Assembly (NCBI GenBank): GCA_051362555.1
Contig: CM120640.1
Coordinates: 24,600,225-24,664,224, forward strand
DNA: 64,000 bases
Reading direction: 5' to 3'
DNA from: Lingula anatina
Lineage: Eukaryota > Animalia > Brachiopoda
How positions within the stretch are numbered: the first letter of the stretch is position 1; each line of letters opens with the position of its first letter. Position numbers and translations under genes: made by a program. Under the pieces are notes generated by a model. It was not told where the DNA came from. It made no database searches and saw only the letters and a program-made list of their open reading frames with translations. Shown piece after piece: positions 1 through 15,323 of the stretch.

Positions 1-476
1 ATCTTGTTCGATTATGGCATTTATTACTATAGACTTAAATAAGTGGGGTAAAAGTAAGTACACAGTGACTTTGTGGACTAGCTAAGGACAAGTCTGGCAC
101 TGAGTTAGAAAATATTTCTTGTTCATTTATTCTTACAAGGTGGTAATAGCATTTTGGTGCGGCACTGTGACCTAAATGATCTGATTTGAAATTCTTTGTT
201 CTTGTAATGGAGAAGCTGATGCCAGATTAACCTGCCATGACCTGACGTTATTTCTGTGATTTCACTCAGCGCTTGGGGTGGGCAACCCTGAAATCTGGAC
301 AAAAAAAGTTGATTTACTCATAGCAACAGCTGTAACCCATTGTGTTTTAAATTGTGAATATTCTCTGACAGGCTTCTGTTTTGAATTATTTCAAAGCAAA
401 TATATAGATCCTTTGTATTCAAAATAATAATATATTGAGTATGTTTTTAATGCTATTTTCTTTTTTTAATTTCCAG

Positions 477-3400
477 AGATCTTAGGTTTAACAAGATAGA
501 ACACATTCCACCCAATTCTTTCACAGGTCTGACACACCTTAATACACTGTAAGTTAGATGCAGTTTACTTATACTGTAAATCTGTTCACAATATGATGTA
601 ATACATCTCCAAAATTTTGTTTTATTTATCTCCTTCCATCAGATTGTAGATATCTTTTGCTTGTTCATTTTTAAAGTGCTTTATATTTTTGTAATTTATT
701 CAACATATTAAATTCAGAATGTTTTTTATCTTCTAATAGATTTTGATTTTCAAAAACCTTGTACTTCAGACTTGTAAACAATAACCACATCAAAACTTTA
801 GAAGATGGAGCATTTGAAGGAATTGCTGAACTTCGTTACTTGTAAGTATTAAAATCAAATCTGCTAATGTGAAGGAAGCATCACAGATGTGTTATGATGT
901 GTGTGATGTTTGTGCGTGTATGTGTGTGTGTGTGCCTGCACGTGCGTGTGTGTTGTAAAAGCTATGTTCTCAGCTTGTTAATGTAAACATGCATTTTTTG
1001 GTCATTGAATTCATGTAGTGTGAAACCTGCTCACAATAAGTGTTTTGTTTTCATCTAATCTTATCCAAAAGGACCCAGGTTAAGTATGGCAGTGCTGATA
1101 CATTTAGTCGGCTTTACACGATTTGCTCCAGTTATAATTTGATTACATGTTACATGGTAGGCAAGTTATCAATTGCATTTTCAGTATTAACTTCTTTCAT
1201 GCCCAGCTAGACAACTTTTTAGAGCAATTATAAGTAATCTGTGAATCCAGTTTGAGGCCTGGAATACCCAAATTGTTTGCACAGTGTATAACATGTAGTA
1301 ACAATATCTGCCATGAAAGAAGTAATCTTACCCCTGATTGGGAAGGTTTTCAAATTGCCCTGACAGCCCATGGTGAACATTCCATGCATCATTGATGTTT
1401 TTTGTGGTGAAGTTCTCACTGGTTTTATGTTTAACTTAGACACTTGGGGCAGATTTATAGGTTACTTCACTTTTATTTGTTTAGTTCAAGTTCTTCACAT
1501 TTTTTATATTCAAAGCAACATGGCATACTTACTCGATCTCTGTCCATGGATTTTGTCAGTTGTCAGTCAAGAATTGTTTACACAAAATATTGATATTTGG
1601 CATATTTGGGTTATTTGTACAAGCTACCCAAAAAGTTTCCTTTTTTTCTTTTTCTCTTTAGTATAATATTTGACAAGTAAATGGATTTTAAAGCCTGAAC
1701 AATTGATAAGAGGGAATATTCAGTGTTTGTAGTTTCATTCCACTCTTTGGTGTGCTTCTCAAAATAATATATGGGATTATGTTACAAAGCCACAGTTTAA
1801 TATTCATGAAGATATGTAATATATCATTGACACATTGGAGCTTGGTGGGTTTGATATGCTTGATGATATGACAGGAAAGTTGTGTTACCAGTAGTGAGTA
1901 TATGTGCAAGCAAGATTGAAATGCTGGCAATATTTTAATCTGCCTAGTCGAAATTGAAATTGCCACCTTGCCTAGGCAAGATTGAAATCTGAATCTAGCC
2001 TAGGCAAATTAAATAAAATTATAATAATATATATTAATTGTGTTTCTTTGTCTTGCAGATATCTTTACAAAAATAACATTGAAAACATCAGCAGTAACGC
2101 CTTCAAGGGCCTGGACAATCTGGAACAACTGTAAGTATTTTTTTATCATCAGGTAACTCTTGTATTTTTTTTTCTTACTTTCTCACAGTATGCAAGAATA
2201 TATGTAAGCACCATAGAAGTATACACACATTGCCTAGGAAGGGTTGCAGGAGGCCACAGCAATGTGTTCACAGTATGCAGAGTATGTGTTAGCTGCACTG
2301 CTACGGGCAATATGTTACAGTTTGTGTGGCCTTAGTTTCTCTTCAGGAGAGATGGCAACATGTTCAGACTACTCCACCCTTGACACAGTTCACTGCTCTG
2401 GCTTGTGGCTGGCAGGTTTTTGGAACTTGAATAAGTTTTTTTTTACCATCAGAGCTGTTAAAAGTTTTATATCCATACTGATAGTGTACTAAATATGTAT
2501 AAGACCAGAAAACTGAACAAACTCACAGTTTGCCAAATATTGCTGAAGTGTTTATTTGTCTGCCCTTATTTTATCAGACATCTTTCTTCACATCATCTGC
2601 TGTGCGGTTTCTTTACTTGCTTTTGGCTTTTTGAAGCCATCAGCAAATCATTACAGCACAGCAGTGCTGACAGTGTATGTTATTTTCCCAGATTTCATAC
2701 TTCTGAGTGGAATTCAATTGCCCTTCTTAGCTTAAAACCTGACAACTCCTGTCTGTAATATTTTTTTTGAAAGTGCAGCTGATTGAAGTGGTAATTGTTC
2801 AAGGGCGACAGCATTCCCGACCAAAGTTTGATGAATGGCAAATATGGTAGAGAATAAAGACAACAGGTTTCAGCAAAGAACATATCCTCCAAACCCTTAC
2901 TAAGAACCCTTCATTGGTAGTTATGGTTATCCATTTGTGAAACTGTTGATAGTCCATGTTCTGACTGGACTGTGGATACAGTGAAGTAGTGGTCAATACA
3001 GTGTTGCAGTGACCCGTACACTTTGCTTTGACCTCCCAGTACAACACCACTTTATTCCCCCTCAGAGGGAGCTGTCAAAACCCATTCCTAGTCATGCCTT
3101 AACCTTTAAGTCACACTTTTCAAGGAAACTCGCTTGGTGGCATTCCCAAAAATAATGAGCAAGGATCAGAAATGAAGCGAACAGCTGGAGGGATGTGTTA
3201 CACTCTTCAGGAGTTGCTTTAAAAGTGGGGGACCTTACAATTCCAAAATCTCCCTCAAGTTCTCAAAGTAAATTCAACACACTTTGCGACAGAAAAAAGG
3301 ATAATGGCAAAATGTTTATGCCTGAACTACAAGAGCTGCCAGGGCATGCTTTTAAACAAATTGAATTTTTTTTTTCATATATGTTTAGGAAATTAAAGTT

Positions 3401-5042
3401 GGCGATGTGAGGGTATGATTGTGAAAACACACTGTGGGAGATACACCTTTTTGTGAGTGCTGGTTGAAGTGGTGGGAATAAATTGTGCTTTGTTTACATT
3501 TGGATGACAATTGGTGGATAAAGGAGAGGTCTTCATTTTCAAAATAATCATGATAATTATATTAATAATTCCATTTTTCCCATATAAAATATTATATTTG
3601 AGGTATATATATAGTGCACTACTGTTCTTGCACCTCACCTTTCTGCATGTGCTGCTGTGTGCATGTACCTCACCAGGTATAGGTAATCTGATGCATCCAA
3701 AATAGTCTATTGGTATCTTGATAGCTCCTCATATTACAAGGTAGCAAGCAGCTTGTTCTGCACTCACACAGTAATTACTAGTATTTAGTTACATTGCACA
3801 TTGTGCTTGTAGTCTTATACATTTATTAGCTACGGATGACTTTTTGATGACTGTTTTGGTCACATGTATCATTTTATTTTTTATTTTTTAGAAAATGATG
3901 CAAAAGTTTTGATTTACATGTTTTTGATAAATTTGTTTGAATTGAAAATTGTGAATATGGGTATGATATTTACTTCTGTACTGTTTAAATGCTTCTATAT
4001 GATTAAATCTCTGTTGACAAGTCCAAAAATTATTGAAACAGGTGTGGAATGTGTTTTCATCCCACTAAATCTACTAATTCCTCATTATTTGTAGAAAGAC
4101 TTAATTATTGTAAGTTTCCCTATAAGTTAAAATCATCGTAAGTTATTGCCTTGACACAGTATAGAGGCATTTACGCAAGGTTAAAAAAATAAGACTAGTG
4201 ACATCACAATTGATATTTTGTTAATTCTTTAGGATCCAGTTTGAGTCATTATTTACTATGGTGAACATAGGTATACAGGCTTAGTATTTGTCTGTACTGT
4301 GCTTAATTTGCTTATTGCCTTGCTTTTCTCTTGTTTTTCAGGTATTTACATTTTAACAACATAAATGATTTGAAGTCGAGCACATTTGCTACCCTACCCA
4401 AACTGGAGAGATTGTGAGTGCTGATATCAGGGAGGAGTATATTTATAGAGTTAGATTGAAATTTAATATGTAACACTAACCTGGCTATATTCTACTAAAA
4501 GGCATTGTAGTTGTAGTATCAAACAGTGGCCGCTTCAACTAAAATACAATGACTTATTTTTAAGGTTTAACTTTGTAGTTGATGTTAACTTGTGTTTTGT
4601 CTTTTCTGGAATTGTGGAAAACTAGGATGTGACTAACTTTGTGGTCTGATAGTGTATTCACACCAATTAGATTATCTTAACTCTTCTGTTTAACCAGACC
4701 TGTTATCCATTAACTCTTTCCGGAGTTGGCTGTTTGTCTTATTATACTGAATTTATTGTTTATCAACCCCCCTGTTTTGGCTCAAGTTCAATGACAAGCT
4801 TCAGCAGTGGTATTTAGCTAAAACTTCACACTAAATCCTTTGAGATGGGTATTTAAATAACCCCAACAGGCACCAAACACTGACATACTGATGAAGTAAC
4901 AGAGATGTGGTTTCACTGCAGTGATGTTTAACAATAAAGCTTTTGTTTTTAGGCTCTAGATCAGTGTACCTTATCTTGAAAAAGCACTGACTCACAAAGA
5001 GTCCATTGGTTTTGATGGTGCTTTTCTTTTTTTTTTCTTTTC

Positions 5043-5073
<31 letters not shown>

Positions 5074-8000
5074 TTTGCACATCAGTTAGGTTTCTTGTAC
5101 CTTGGTCATTGTTAACACAAACATCAGTTGTTGAATCCAGCTCAAAAAAGTCTGTGCTGCAAATAAACAGTGTGTGGTAATTTGGCATATTTCAAATTTA
5201 GCCACGAAGAACAATATTTTATTTCAAGATAAATGAGCAAAAAAATATGAAAATGCCAAACATAAGCCTTTTTATCAGTGTGTTCCGTGTTTGCCACACA
5301 CATTGTAAACAATTAAATTTTGTCAAAATTTGTACTTTGATTACAACTGGGATTTGCCATGTTTCTCTGACATCTGCATTAAACAGTGAGCATATAATGT
5401 GTGCTTATAGTTGTTTTCAACTTTTAAAACCTATGTAAAAGTGTCTTGACCTTTTACCATGTTTTTCAGATTCTTACATAACAATGCGTTGAAAAGGCTT
5501 CCCAGAGGAGTATTTGCACCACTCAAGAACCTCAGAAGATTGTAAGTAGTATTTCTGTGTTCATCCTCAGAAACAGAAGTGTAAAAATGCACATTATTTG
5601 ATTTGTTCAGATTGAAAGAAAAACAAACAAAAAGGTATACAGCTAGGGAGAGTCTTGCTGTTAGTTAGTCCATGCCTGATAGCTAAGACTAGATAAAACC
5701 AAGTTGGTGATTTGTTTCTATGAATCGCTAGTAATCAGTGAGGATTTGACCTTTCAGTAAATGTATTCTCTAATTTATTTGGCTGCAGGAAGCAGGGTGT
5801 ACATTCTCCACTAATGCATTTGATACAAATTTGTAAAATTTTCTCATTTGCTGTAATGCGTGTTATGGAAATATTTTTATGTAGGAAAACTGGGTTAATG
5901 GCCTGATGAAGTAACTGATGGCTAATTAGGCCTCTAAATGGCCCGTTTACAGCACTACCACTGTCATACCAGTTTAACTTAGAATTGGTGATAAATTCTT
6001 CTCAACAAGCAAAGAAGAAAGAGAAAAAAATGAAGTGATATCTACAAAAAAACTCTTTTCTTTTCAAACCTGGTACTCACTTGGAGAAAACATATATATA
6101 TTTTCATTGTTGTAGAGTCTGGTTAAAAGGGTTACAACCAGAGAAAGTTATTTGAGAGAGTAGTGATTGATTTTGTCAATCGTGGTTGTACAAAGTTAAC
6201 CACCCACCTTGTAAAACTTTGTTTTTTGTTTAATTAGAAAGGTCCAAATAATAATGATGAAAAAAAAAAAACTGCCCTTCATACCCATATTAAACATACT
6301 ATGTGCACAAATGCAGTGAACCTCGTCAAGCAAAATTCCAACGAATAGACCCTTAAATTCAACCCTTTTTTGGCTTCATCAATGAGTTCTTTAAATCTCA
6401 TGTAATGTGAATTTTACTGATTTGCCTTCTGTGTGTGAATAAATGTCCTTCTTTTCCAGTTGTTAATGTTTTTAACTGTTTCTCTGACACTAATGTCCTT
6501 ATTACGGGCATGTCCCCAGGATATGGGTCACCTTGAAGTCTCCCCAAAGAAATAAATCAGGCATGTTCTGATCATCAGACAGATAAAACTTGGAGAATGT
6601 CTTTCGACATTTTATCTATCAAGAATGTTGATACAACAGTATATAATGGTGTAGGCTTTGGGGTAATTAGAAGATGATTAATGTCGGTTAGAATGAGGCA
6701 GGGTTAGATATGTTGGATAAGGATTTTTCAAGGATGCTAGGATGTTAAGAATTTTTGCAAAAAAAAATGTTAGATTGTATCTGTGTCAATCATTACTCCC
6801 TTGGTAGCATATTGTCTATCTAAATTCATGATCAATGGGAATTTCAAATGCCTTCTACATTTTGGTACGGTCCACAATTAGCAATTTGATACTGTATCAG
6901 TGTGCTTTTTTCTCATAAATCAAACTGTCATTCACAAGGAATTCAATTTTAAGACTTCTCTACCCTATAATATCCCAGGGGAATTAGGAGTTCTGATAGG
7001 CATAGAATTACAGTAAAAACGTTAAAAAAAAAAAAAAGGTTTCGGATATATTCATAAGAGTGTCAGATATAATGAAAGAGAGCCTTAAGCTGACTCATAA
7101 CACGGTGTCTTGGCATTGAGGAATGGTCCTTGAGACAAGAAGCAAGGAAATACAATGGTTACCTGAGGCAGCACAGTGTTAAGTCTGCTTGCTAGAGGAA
7201 ATGCTTGGAGAAATTCGAGCATTTGTCATAGTAATTACCTGTTAATCTTAATGCATGGCCACCTTTTAAAACCTGTGAGGTTACGAACATTTGCAAACAT
7301 AAAAGACCCAGACGATTCAGTTGAGTTGGTAAACAGTGCCCTTAATTTGCAGTCTGAAGCTTTGCGATATTTATTATCTGCAATTTGTATGTTCCTCTCT
7401 ATTAGTAGTTTCCTGTAGATTTTCCAAAAAGCTCTGTAGACGAAACTTTTGAATATAATATCTTTAATAAAAGGTTTGAAGATGGTGATTTTTAGTAAGT
7501 TACAGCTATTTTTTCATACAATATGTAGAGTTATATCGAAATGCTACCTGATATTTTCAGACGACTTGACTCTAATGCATTGGTGTGTGACTGCCAGATG
7601 ATGTGGCTGGCAGAAATGTTGAAGGACAAGAGGGGCAGCACTCAGGCGGCTGCCACATGTGAATACCCTGCCAAGCTACAAGGGAAGTCTATCATGAGTG
7701 TGGAGAAAGGAGACTTTCACTGCAGTTAGTATGGCTTTTTTTTAAATAAAAAATTTCACAAAGATAATGCTTTAGTCTTCTCAACTTTTCTCTGGAAGTT
7801 GTTCTGTCAAACAGTCATTTTCTATTAAGTTGGCATCTTCTTGTATAAGTGCTGGTTAAATTGCTTACACTCTAGCTGAATTGAATTATCAAATGATCAA
7901 AATGTGTTATTTGAATTCAATTAGGTATTTACATTTTTTTGGCAAACTTTATTTTAAACCTGCGGTTTTGATGACTTGTCGCATGTCTGTTTGGTAATTT

Positions 8001-11000
8001 GATGTTGCCATTCCTTTTCAGAAAAACCTGTCCTTACAAGAGAGCCCACTGATGTAGACATAACATTTGGAAACACGGTGTATCTGCAGTGTAGAGCAGA
8101 TGGGGACCCTAACCCAGAAATTACATGGATTCATAATGAGTAAGTTTTGCTATAAAATGAAATTTTGTAATAAAAAAAAGATGATGAAGTAAAACCGGAC
8201 CTTATTTCTACTAATAAAGAAAAAGCAGATCCTGCCATTCCTTGTTATCAAGAAATATTTTATCTTTTCAGCAATGAGATTCCCACCACAGCTGCTGCAG
8301 AGAATGACAGATACAAACTCCTAGAAGATGGAACCTTGATGATAAAGAGTGCACAAGATGTAGATCAGGGGATCTATGAGTGCATGGCTAGGAATGAGGC
8401 TGGAGAGGTGAAAAGTCACAAAGCTGAAGTACGCTATTTTAGAAGACAGCCAGGTAAATTCATACCTATGGAACAAAATGATAGAAGTGACAGAAGTAAC
8501 AATTGAATGATATGAGGTAAAAAAATTCAAAATGACTATAATATTCTAAACTTAAAGATCAAGAAATACAAATTTATAGAATGCATTTATCCAGTTTATC
8601 CATTTTCTATGTTAGACCTAATGTATAATTTAACACAATCTTTTAGCTGCTCCTACATTTATAAGCAGACCAGAAGATTACGATGCGGTAGAACATGAAA
8701 ACGTCCGCCTGGATTGCACTTCAGCAGGATATCCCAGGCCTGAAACCAGGTGGTTTAAAGGAACAGCATTAGTAGAAAGAAATGCCAGGTATACTATCCT
8801 CCCTGGAGGGTCTCTGATGATCACAGATATAAGGAAAGCAGACCGGGGAGACTACAAATGTGAAGTCCGCAATGCCCAAGCCACTATCTCTGCTACTGCA
8901 AGGCTCAATGTAAGAGGTGGGAACAACCCAACAGATGGCAGCACTTTGCATGATTGACAGCAACATTTTAAATAAAAACACATAAATATGCTTTATTAGA
9001 CAAGGCTTAAAGGTGTTTGTTATAAATGCTATGTTTGCAGTTGCAGTCATATTTCAGTTCAAAGGACCAAAAGGCTAAATTATACTGAAAAAGTGCAAAT
9101 TAAAATTCAAGGATTTCAAAAGAGTCTGTGCAGACATCTCTTCCAGCTCTCAGCTTAGATACCAGCCCCCCCCCCCCTTTTTTTTTTTTTTTACAAAATG
9201 CTGTTCACCATCCTTCTCTTTTCTCTTAAAAAAGATAAATGAAATCATTGAAATAAAAGTTTATTTTAGCTCATTTATGCAAGTAAATTTGTGATGCAGT
9301 ATTTTGGTAAAGTATGTTATTTACAATGAGAGTAATTATGCTGTTTTTTTTTTCCAGTGATTCCTTCCATAACCAGTTTACCGTCTGATCAAGTTGTTGT
9401 TGAGGGAGAAGTTGTGCGGTTTACTTGTGAAGCAGATGGTTATCCTGAACCTACTATCAGGTGGACAAAGGATGGTATGTAAAAAAGAGCAGCTGGAATA
9501 TTCCAATAAAATAATGTTTATAATAACATGGGAGTGATACTTATTACAATTAAAACATTCAGCAACATGATTATTTCAATCTTTTGGTAATAATTTTAAA
9601 TACACTACTACTTTTATTTTTTTTTTTAATAACTCACTTGCATGTTAACACTGATTAATTGTAATACAAAACCAAATTTTTATAATGTCCTTTGGTATAC
9701 ATTTTTTTAATTACATTTTTTCCACAAAACTTACAGGACGTCCATTACCAGATACTGGTAAGCATCAAGTCTTGAATAGGGGGCGCGAACTGAGGATCTC
9801 CCGAGTTGGACAGGAAGATAGGGGGAGCTATGAGTGCCATGCTGAGAGTGAACTGGGGAGAAAAAATGCTGCTGCTGTATTATTGATTAGAGAAAGAGGT
9901 AAATACCATTATTTTTAGCACTTTGTAATATTGTTAACTGGATGTTGTTTGATTTTTTTTGACTAATGAAATAAATATTTGAAATTTAAAAAGGGATACA
10001 TAATTAAAATTTAAAAAATTGATGGGCACATTATTCGTATTTATATCTTTTAGTCCCCCCAACCTTCACTCAAACACCAACAGATGTCACCCAAGAAGCC
10101 TTCACCAATGCTGAGCTCCGCTGCCAGGCAGACGGAGACCCAATTCCTAGAGTAATCTGGGCCAGGCATGGACAAAGGATTGACCCAGATGACCGGTTCC
10201 TTTACAGAAGCAATGGGATTCTGACCATTCACAATGCCACCGAAGCAGACAGTGGAATATATGAATGTACAGCTGAGAATTCAGTAGGATCCATCTCAGC
10301 TGTTGCTAGGGTTACCATAACACGTAAGTTTAAGTACATGCAGTGTTGGTGATATGCATATGAAAGTTTGCTTGACTTCAGATCAAAGGAGTGCTTAGGC
10401 ACACACTTTTAGGACAACTTTTTTGTGGGTTGAAAGACCTTGGTTTTAAGTGGTGTGATTTATTGTGAATGTTTTTTTTCTTCTTAAATTATTTACCATA
10501 TCCAGCAGGGAACAGGAACTTTCTAACCATCAAACAAGTTGTGTTTAAAAAATAAAGCTTCCTGCAGTTTTTTCACACAGAACGTGACTGCACTGAGAGT
10601 TTTTCATGCTGAACGTGACTGCATTGAAAATGCTCTAGCTTCCTGTTTTTAGAAACCACACATTTAAGTCATTATTGGTTATTTATGTAGCCCCCATTGC
10701 TTCATGGTTGCCCCTGGTTCTATTTTTTGCAGTATTTTACTTTATTCAGGAATTCCTGATGTCATTGTATGGTTTTATGTTTTCAGAATAAAAAAAATTG
10801 CAATGCATTACATACTAAAATGATAAATAAATTTACTTATCATGTGTTGAAAGTGCAGTCTTCAAAGGAAAAATAATGAAACCTTATTTCACTTTTACAA
10901 AGCCTTAAAATATATAATGAATATAAAATGTTGACTGTTCTTTTTGCCCCTGTATTAAGAAAAATGCTGTTAAGGTGAGTGCACCTGACCTTTGTCTTAA

Positions 11001-14000
11001 AAAAAAACACATTGGCTGAAATGTTTCCTTTGTCAAATCGGTAGTCACATTACAGTTTTGTCTGCAACCAAGTAATGAACAACACATTACCATGAGTCCT
11101 ACTACAGACTGGACGTGTTAACACAGTTTTATAAGATGGTGATTGTGTTAGTCTTATTAACAAGTCTTCCATTTACAGCAGCTCCAAGGGCTTATGTTGG
11201 AGACAGATTCGTGCAGAACTCAGTCCAGCAAGCCATCAGGGGTGTGGACAATGCCATCAACCAGACCCTGTCCGAATTGTTCGACAAGAACAGACGCCGA
11301 ACTCCCAATGATCTGCTGACAATTTTCCGCCTACCCACAAGAGAAGCACTGCAGATATCCCGTGCTGCTGAAGTCTTTGAGAGAACTTTGGAAATTATCC
11401 ATGAGCACATTGATAGGGGACATCACTTTGATGAGTCCAATCATGGTAACTAAAAAGTCTGTTCACATTTTAAGTTTTTGCAGTAAGTTTGAGAAAGAAT
11501 TTAATCTTTAAAAGGTGATCTTCTCTGAATGATAGAAGCATTATTTCTTGCAACTTATACAATGTTAAAGATTGATAATAAACTACGATGCATTGAAATC
11601 GGTTACCTTACTCGTTAAGTAGTTAAGAAACCATCCTTATTAATTCTGTTTATCTTATTTTGTTTCAGAAATTCCATACGATCGCTTGGTCTCACCTGCA
11701 CAGCTTACCATCATAGCCAACTTATCAGGCTGTCTGGCTCACCGCCGTATTATAAACTGCACAGATATGTGCTTCCATCACAAGTACCGCTCCATGGATG
11801 GCACCTGTAATAATCTGCAGCACCCCATGTGGGGAGCTTCTCTCACAGGGTTCAAGAGACTGCTGCCACCTGCTTATGAGAATAACTTTAATACACCAGT
11901 AGGTGAGGAACAAAAACCACAAACATTGTGTGAAGACAGTATTTTTGCCATGCAATTTTTTTTATGTTTCAATTTTTAGAGTATGTTTACAACTTATATA
12001 AACCACTTTAATTTGTTTTAATTTAAACTGGGTACAGTTAGTTTATTTTTAGATCTAAGATCAGCCATTTTAAATTTGTCAGGTTGGGAGGTTGGCAAAT
12101 TATATCATGGTTACCCAAAACCCAGTGCCAGGCTAATCTCCACCAAAGTGATAGCAGCCAAGAGGCCTGTTGTTCAGGATGAGAAACACACAACCATGCT
12201 GATGCAGTGGGGGCAGTTTATGGACCATGACATAGACCTGGCACCTATGGCTCTGAGCTTTGCTAGGTTTAGTGATGGTAGGCATTGTAATGAGACATGT
12301 GAGAATAAGGCCCCGTGCTTCCCAATCCCAGTGCCAGCTGATGATGCTAGGATACATAGGCATGAGTGTATGGGTGTCACTCGCTCCAGCTCTATGTGTG
12401 GTACAGGAACGACGTCTATTCTCTTCAACAAAGTTGTGCCCAGAGAACAGATCAACCAGATCACATCGTTCATAGATGGTTCCCAAATTTATGGTAGCTC
12501 TGAGGAGGAGGCTGGTGATTTGAGGGAGTTTAGTTCGCAAAGAGGATTGTTGAGGATAGGAGAGAGGATGCCAGGAGGAAAGGAACTGTTACCTCCGGCA
12601 TTGCATACTCCAGTGGACTGTCAAATTGACCCAGAACGTGGAAATGTCCCTTGCTATCTGGCTGGTGATCATAGAGCCAATGAACAGCTGGCTTTGCTTA
12701 GTATGCACACACTGTGGATGAGAGAGCACAACCGCATTGCTGCAGAGTTGTTAAGACTAAACCCACATTGGGATGGGGACATGTTGTACCATGAAGCCAG
12801 AAAAATAGTAGGTGCAGAATTACAGCACATTACTTACAAGCACTGGTTACCAAAATTCCTAGGTCGAAGAGGAATGGAAATGCTGGGGCCCTATACGGGT
12901 TATGACCCAAATGTAGATGCTTCTGTAACAAATGATTTCACTACATCAGCCCTGAGAGTGGGCCACACTATGGTGAACCCTATCATATACCGCTTTGATG
13001 CCAACTATACAGAAATTCCACAGGGACATTTGCCTCTTCACAAGGCATTTTTTGCTCCATTCAGACTGGTTGAAGAAGGGGGTGTTGACCCTATATTGAG
13101 GGGCTTAATCGGAACCCCAGCTAAAAAATTGACTTCCGATGGCATTCTCAACCTAGAATTAACAGAAAAACTATTCAAACTAGCCCATGAGGTAGCCCTG
13201 GACTTGGCTGCCATTAACATTCAGCGGGGTAGAGATCATGGTCTTCCAAGCTATAATGAATACAGAAAGATGTGTAACTTAACAGAGGCTTCAGCATTCT
13301 CAGACCTTAGAAATGAAATAAGAAGCCCAGAGCTTAGGAGAAAACTTCAAGAGGTATATGGCCACCCAGGTAAGTTTTTGTACAAATACTCTTATCTGTT
13401 TTAGTGTTAGTTTTTTTGTAGCCCACCACTTTTCATTTGCATGATCAAGGTATAATTGTGTTCAGTATTTATGTTGTTAAAACAAAACTTGAAAATGCTC
13501 TAGTCCATTCACAAACTACCAAGGGCACACATCACTAACTGAATGGCCATTTCAAAACAGATATATACTGTTACAAAATGATCATGACTATGATATTTTA
13601 TTCTTCATGCAATTGTCTTTGATGTTCTACTTTGCTAGGTAACATAGATGTCTGGGTTGGAGGTGTGTCAGAGGACCCCGTGGATGGTGCAAAGATGGGG
13701 CCTACCTTCCTGTGCATTCTTGTGGAGCAGTTCAGAAGGCTGAGGGCAGGGGACAGGTGGGTGTGGTAGATCTGATGCTGTTATTGTTGGCTTTTCACCC
13801 ATCATTATGTAATTGTGGACTATGATTTCTGAAAAGAAGTCTCATGGAATTCTTGACAGTTTGAAATAGAAAGCATGACATTTCCATTAAAAATGATTGT
13901 TACTGCTGGTTTTTTAGATTATACAAAACAGGAGGTTATTTTCTTTAGGTGCAGTTAATGAAACATAATACTTGATAGTGTAATTGAATGGGTAACACTT

Positions 14001-15323
14001 GGATGTTAGTACATATAGCTCTGCCTCATGTGAAAGTTTTGAATGGTGTAATCTGTTCTTTACTTAGGTTTTGGTATGAAAATCCTGGTGTATTCAAGCC
14101 AGCTCAGCTTGTCCAGATCAAGCAGACGTCCCTAGCACGGACATTATGTGACAATGGTGACAATATTGACAGTGTCCCAGAAGATGTGTTTATACAGGAG
14201 GTGTTTCCGTCAGGTTTTAAAAAGTGCAGCAAAATCAATGGCATGGACCTCAAGTTATGGACAGATTGCTGCACTGGTAAGGAAAAAGGGGGTTCAGACA
14301 CTTATAGACTATGTTTATTATCATGAATCATGTGAATATAAGAGAACCACAGTCAAAATTGCTTGTATTCATTTTATGTTATAGTGGCAAAAAAAGCAAG
14401 GCATTTTCAAAGAAGACATCAGTTCTGATCATTCTTAAAGTCAATATTGTGAAAAATGTTATTGCATTCAAACTACTTTTGTTATCATTTGTGCTTGAAG
14501 TGTTGTCCAATTAAAAGATTTTTCCAAAAGGATTGACAGTTCGTTTAGCCTAATTTAACTGATTGTGAAATTGCCATTTGTTTCATTTCAGATTGTAGCA
14601 AATCTGGAGAATTCAACTCTCTCCTCAGTCATTACAGAAAGAGAAGATCTGCAGAATTTTCTTATGCTGAAGAGAAATTCCATAAACAATCGAATAATGA
14701 GGTTATAGAAAGCATGCAGTTTTCTAAAGAAGAGCAGCCAGTAGAATCTGAAAAGATAAAGTACAATGTAGACATCAGCCAGAATGCTATGGACATTTTT
14801 GACTCTAGAATTGAAGGAATGGAAGAGGCAATAGATGAACTGCAACATATGATGGAGAAAATGAAGAAAAAGGTAAGACTTTTTGCATCTTAATTAGAAA
14901 AAAAATATAAGTTTATGCACAATTCTATCGTTCATGCAGTAGAAAATCCTAAGTAAAAATGGGTGTTTCATTTTATTGCTAACATCCATGTTCCTGGAAT
15001 AAAACAAATAAGAAGTAGTATCTGGATTTATATTCTATTCTACATTAGAATAATGCTTTTAAGTGTGGACATAAAATGAATCATAACAACTATGAAATGT
15101 TTTTCCCCATCAGATTCGTAGATTGGAAAGAACATTAAAGAATCCACACTGTGTGGATGGACAAGGGAATAAAAGGAAATCAAGGGAAAAATGGAATGAA
15201 GGAGACTGTAAATACTGCGAGTGTAAGCACGGACAAAAGGAGTGCCACAGAATTATATGTCCACAGCCAGGGTGTGCTACGCCAAAGATTGTACAAGGAC
15301 ACTGTTGTCCAGTATGTGAATAA
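477..15323 (+). CDS. PXDN: Peroxidasin (5'-partial, multi-exon): LRRs, LRRCT, 4 Ig domains, animal heme peroxidase domain, C-terminal VWC
   Basis: Five 72-nt LRR exons (477-548, 770-841, 2059-2130, 4342-4413, 5470-5541); LRRCT exon [11 protein letters not shown] (~7561); Ig exons ~8022-10323; peroxidase exon with [29 protein letters not shown] (12076-13404 ORF); RKRR convertase-like site 14636-14647; VWC exon ending CCPVCE* at 15323. Signal peptide/LRRNT exon is not in the window. Confidence 0.96.
898..953. repeat. Imperfect (TG)n microsatellite
   Basis: Directly visible in a PXDN intron. Confidence 0.8.
5022..5076. repeat. Poly(T)-rich tract
   Basis: ~55-nt T run with C interruptions; it produces the spurious poly-Lys ORFs on the minus strand. 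Confidence 0.9.

Noticed and set aside
2760-3250. GC-richer stretch with short ORFs in a PXDN intron
   Set aside because: No recognisable protein, termini or RNA motifs; an enhancer or old repeat cannot be distinguished from sequence alone.
4831-5188. Lys-rich minus-strand ORFs
   Set aside because: Artefact of an intronic poly(T) tract.
12133-12540. Antisense ORFs overlapping the large peroxidase exon (and similar ones over other exons)
   Set aside because: Shadow ORFs of real coding sequence with no independent similarity.
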